From assembly GCA_002269645.1 (NCBI GenBank), contig NIVC01000760.1, positions 1 through 64,000 on the forward strand: DNA of 64,000 nucleotides. The letters run 5' to 3'. The stretch's first letter is position 1; every line of letters starts with the position of its first letter. This document shows, piece by piece, positions 62,001-64,000 of this stretch. The notes beneath the pieces were generated by a model. The model saw nothing but the letters and a program-made list of their open reading frames with translations, did no database searches and was not told the origin of the DNA. The stretch comes from Macrostomum lignano. Its lineage: Eukaryota. Both the position numbers and the translations under genes were made by a program.

Positions 62001-63289
62001 GGTAGATAAAGTAGGTCAGGGTAGATAAAGTAGGTCAGGGTAGATAAAGTAGGTCGGGCTAGATAAAGTAGGTTAAAGGTAGATAAAGTAGGTCAAAGGT
62101 AGATAAAGTAGGTCGAGCTAGATAAAGTAGGTTAAAGGTAGATAAAGTAGGTCAAAGGTAGATAAAGTAGGTCAGGGTAGATAAAGTGGGTCAGGGTAGA
62201 TAAAGTAGGTCAGGGTAGATAAAGTAGGTCAGGGTAGATAAAGTAGGTCGGGCTAGATAAAGTAGGTTAAAGGTAGATAAAGTAGGTCAAAGGTAGATAA
62301 AGTAGGTCAGGGTAGATAAAGTAGGTCAGGGTAGATAAAGTAAATCAGGGTAGATAAAGTAGGTCAGGGTAGATAAAGTAGGTGAGGGTTGAGGGTAGAT
62401 AAAGTAGGTCAGGGTAGATAAAGTAGGTGAGGGTTGAGGGTAGATAAAGTAGGTCGGGGTAGATAAAGTAGGTCAGGGTAGGTAAAGTAGGTCAGAGTAG
62501 ATAAAGTAGGTCAGGGTAGATAAATTAGGTCGGGGTAGATAAAGTAGGTCAGGGTAGATAAAGTAGGTCGGGGTAGATAAAGTAGGTCAATGGTAGATAA
62601 AGTAGGTCAATGGTAGATAAAGTAGGTTAAGGTAGATATAGTAGTTCAGGGTAGATAAAGGTCAGGGTAGATAAAATAGGTCAAGGGGAGATAAAGTAGG
62701 TCAGGGTAGATGAAGTAGATCGGGCTAGATAAAGTAGGTCAAGGTAGATATAGTAGTTCAGGGTAGATAAGGAAGGTCAGGGTAGATAAAGTAGGTTAGA
62801 TAAATAAGTAGTTTAGGGTAGATAAAGTAGGTCAGGTTAGATATAGTAGGTCAGTGTAGATATAGTAGGTCAAGGTAGATAAAGTAGGTTTGGGTACATG
62901 TAGACAAAGTAGGTCAGGGTAGATAAAGTAGATCTGGGTAGATAAAGTAGGTCTGAATAATCTTAGTGCTCTGTAAGGTAGGTCATTATTAATGTAAGAT
63001 CGCAATTACAGCCTCGCACATTCCCAGTTAATTAATTATACTAATAAAAAAAATCACATTTAGATCGACAGAGGCCGTAGAAGACCTGGTGAGTCGGGCC
63101 CTCAGTCTGAAAGGCATTTCAACTAAACGCCTGGACAAACTGTCTAAAGAATTTCAAGCCGAACAGGAGGCTGGCAAGGAGAGAACCAGAGATTACCGAT
63201 CGGATTGCATGCGACTGCAAGAGGAGAATGACTGTCTGGCTAGGGAGCTGCTGCACTCGCAGACCCAGAATCGGATGCAGCAAGATTTG
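52815..63289 (+). CDS. RABGAP1: RABGAP1/RABGAP1L (TBC1D11/GAPCenA)-like Rab GTPase-activating protein with PTB, linker, TBC and coiled-coil regions. Eight coding exons lie in the window and the gene continues beyond it
   Basis: All seven complete introns are GT-AG and phase-compatible, with no frameshift. PTB motif DMLYLGSVSV; IRVYRPEERFW; TBC motifs GVPESLRPQVW, IARDISRT (Arg finger), GYCQGMSFL (Gln finger) and MYASQWFLTLFTSKFPL. Confidence 0.92.
53212..53505. repeat. 33-bp minisatellite (GATCTAGATTTATCCCACTCCTATAGGGATGAG), RABGAP1 intron 1
   Basis: About 9 copies; same family as 55790-56345. Confidence 0.92.
53752..54216 (+). CDS. RABGAP1: RABGAP1-like exon 2 (PTB domain)
   Basis: Acceptor GTACAG at 53751; YCDMLYLGSVSV...FAFTVSE...QMAQAFR; donor GTTAGT. 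Confidence 0.9.
54258..54708. repeat. Degenerate about 33-bp repeat (GGAATTGGGATAATTGAGGATTAT...), intron 2
   Basis: Direct inspection. Confidence 0.85.
54764..54929 (+). CDS. RABGAP1: RABGAP1-like exon 3
   Basis: Acceptor TTCAAG; SYDLPD...VDIQEQDGKGAWSSVPVDDKYDFK; donor GTAACT, phase 0. Confidence 0.85.
55010..55400. repeat. 21-24-bp repeat (GCGCCAAAATCAAGCTAGACA), intron 3
   Basis: About 17 copies. Confidence 0.93.
55467..55741 (+). CDS. RABGAP1: RABGAP1-like exon 4
   Basis: Acceptor ACTCAG; VRQSHPKRLHLTVQQT...CFGLLL...LCVDLVLEAISDPLRL; donor GTGAGT. Confidence 0.87.
55790..56345. repeat. 33-bp minisatellite (same family as intron 1), intron 4
   Basis: About 15 copies, partly degenerate. 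Confidence 0.92.
56401..56844 (+). CDS. RABGAP1: RABGAP1-like exon 5 (start of TBC domain)
   Basis: Acceptor CATCAG; YDALIRVYRPEERFW...LPSGSGQVSKE...RGVPESLRPQVW...IEAAIAR; donor GTTTGG. Confidence 0.9.
56878..57972. repeat. 23-bp minisatellite (GTGAGATTCTCATTGAGGTAGGC grading to ...GAGATAGAT), intron 5
   Basis: About 47 copies. Confidence 0.96.
58063..58183 (+). CDS. RABGAP1: RABGAP1-like exon 6 (TBC catalytic motifs)
   Basis: Acceptor CTGCAG; DISRTYTACPDF...KAYALYDPAVGYCQ; donor GTAGGG. Confidence 0.92.
58208..61100. repeat. 14-bp satellite (TCTACTCAATCCTG and variants), intron 6
   Basis: About 205 copies. Confidence 0.97.
61185..61612 (+). CDS. RABGAP1: RABGAP1-like exon 7 (TBC domain)
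   Basis: Acceptor CCGCAG; GMSFLGAALLLQLPEEEAF...MYASQWFLTLF...FRVSLPKAYR; donor GTAGGT. Confidence 0.93.
61675..62955. repeat. 20-bp minisatellite (GTAGATAAAGTAGGTCAGGG), intron 7
   Basis: About 62 copies. Confidence 0.96.
63064..63289 (+). CDS. RABGAP1: RABGAP1-like exon 8 (coiled coil)
   Basis: Acceptor ATTTAG; STEAVEDLVSRAL...CMRLQEENDCLARELL; donor GTAAGC at 63290. Confidence 0.85.
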
Positions 63290-63479
63290 GTAAGCTGCAC
63301 TGCCTGTGTGCTTCTTAGTTGTTTTTTTCAATATTACGCATTTTTAGCATATTTGTCGCGCGTTTGACTTGCTTCTGCTGGTGTGTATGTAGCAAATGTC
63401 ATAGCATTTTTGTTTTAGTTTTAGCTTTTTGCTTTGATTTAAATATGCTTTGATATTTTGTTACTGGGATGTCTGGAAT

Positions 63480-63940
63480 GAATGTGAGATTAAGGGTGGG
63501 ATAAATGTGAGATTAAGGGTGGGATGGATGTGAGATTAAGGGTGGGATGGATGTGAGATTAAGGGTGGGATAGATGTGAGATTAAGGGTGAGATAGATGT
63601 GAGAATTAGGGCGGGATAGATGTTTGCTTAAGGGTGAGATAGATGTGGGATTAAGGGTGAGATAGGTGTGAGATTAAGGGTCCAATAGATATGGCATTAA
63701 GGATGAGATCGATATGATATAAATGTGAGATTAACTGTGAGATAGATATGAGATACATGCGAGATTAAGGCTGGTGTAGATTGAGATTTAGGTGGGATAT
63801 ATATGAGATTTAGGCTGAGATAGATGTAAGATTAAGGGTGGGGTATATTGAGATTTAAGGTAAGATAGCTATGAGATTAAGGGGGTATATGAGACTAAGG
63901 GTTGGATAGATGTGAGATTAAGGGTGAGATAAGAGAAAAG
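63480..63940. repeat. 23-bp minisatellite (GTGAGATTAAGGGTGGGATAGAT), intron 8
   Basis: About 20 copies, degenerating rightwards. Confidence 0.92.
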
Positions 63941-64000
63941 AGCAGATAAGAGATATCGGTGGAATTGATATGAGAACTAGATTTAAGCATTTTTTGCTTA

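Overview
Eukaryotic (metazoan) genomic DNA, not prokaryotic. The evidence is GT-AG introns, CAG/poly-Q coding tracts and dozens of micro/minisatellite arrays. The style (repeat-filled introns, B-type muscarinic receptor, DD37E transposon) suggests a protostome, most plausibly a flatworm such as Macrostomum; this is inference. Contents: (1) the 3' part of an unidentified poly-Q/His gene with serial 1-nt frameshifts (+, <1-2233); (2) an apparently intronless B-type muscarinic acetylcholine receptor with a frame break in intracellular loop 3 (-, 5566-8036); (3) about 30 kb with no recognisable gene, made of many unrelated tandem arrays; (4) a transposon cluster: two about 590-bp non-autonomous elements with 8-bp TSDs flanking a degenerate Ty3/Gypsy LTR element with intact ends (40614-50263, ATAT TSD, tRNA-Leu-like PBS, no protease, an extra uninterrupted 215-aa ORF of unknown function, no obvious PPT), followed by a DD37E Tc1/mariner-superfamily transposase pseudogene; (5) the first eight coding exons of a RABGAP1-like gene (PTB + TBC, +, from 52815), each of whose introns holds a minisatellite. 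The best leads are the extra Gypsy ORF, the CpG-decay signature between the LTRs, the unclassified CC-terminal 8-bp-TSD elements, and the minisatellite in every intron. Most long ORFs in the supplied track are artefacts of tandem repeats. All counts were made by eye and are approximate.
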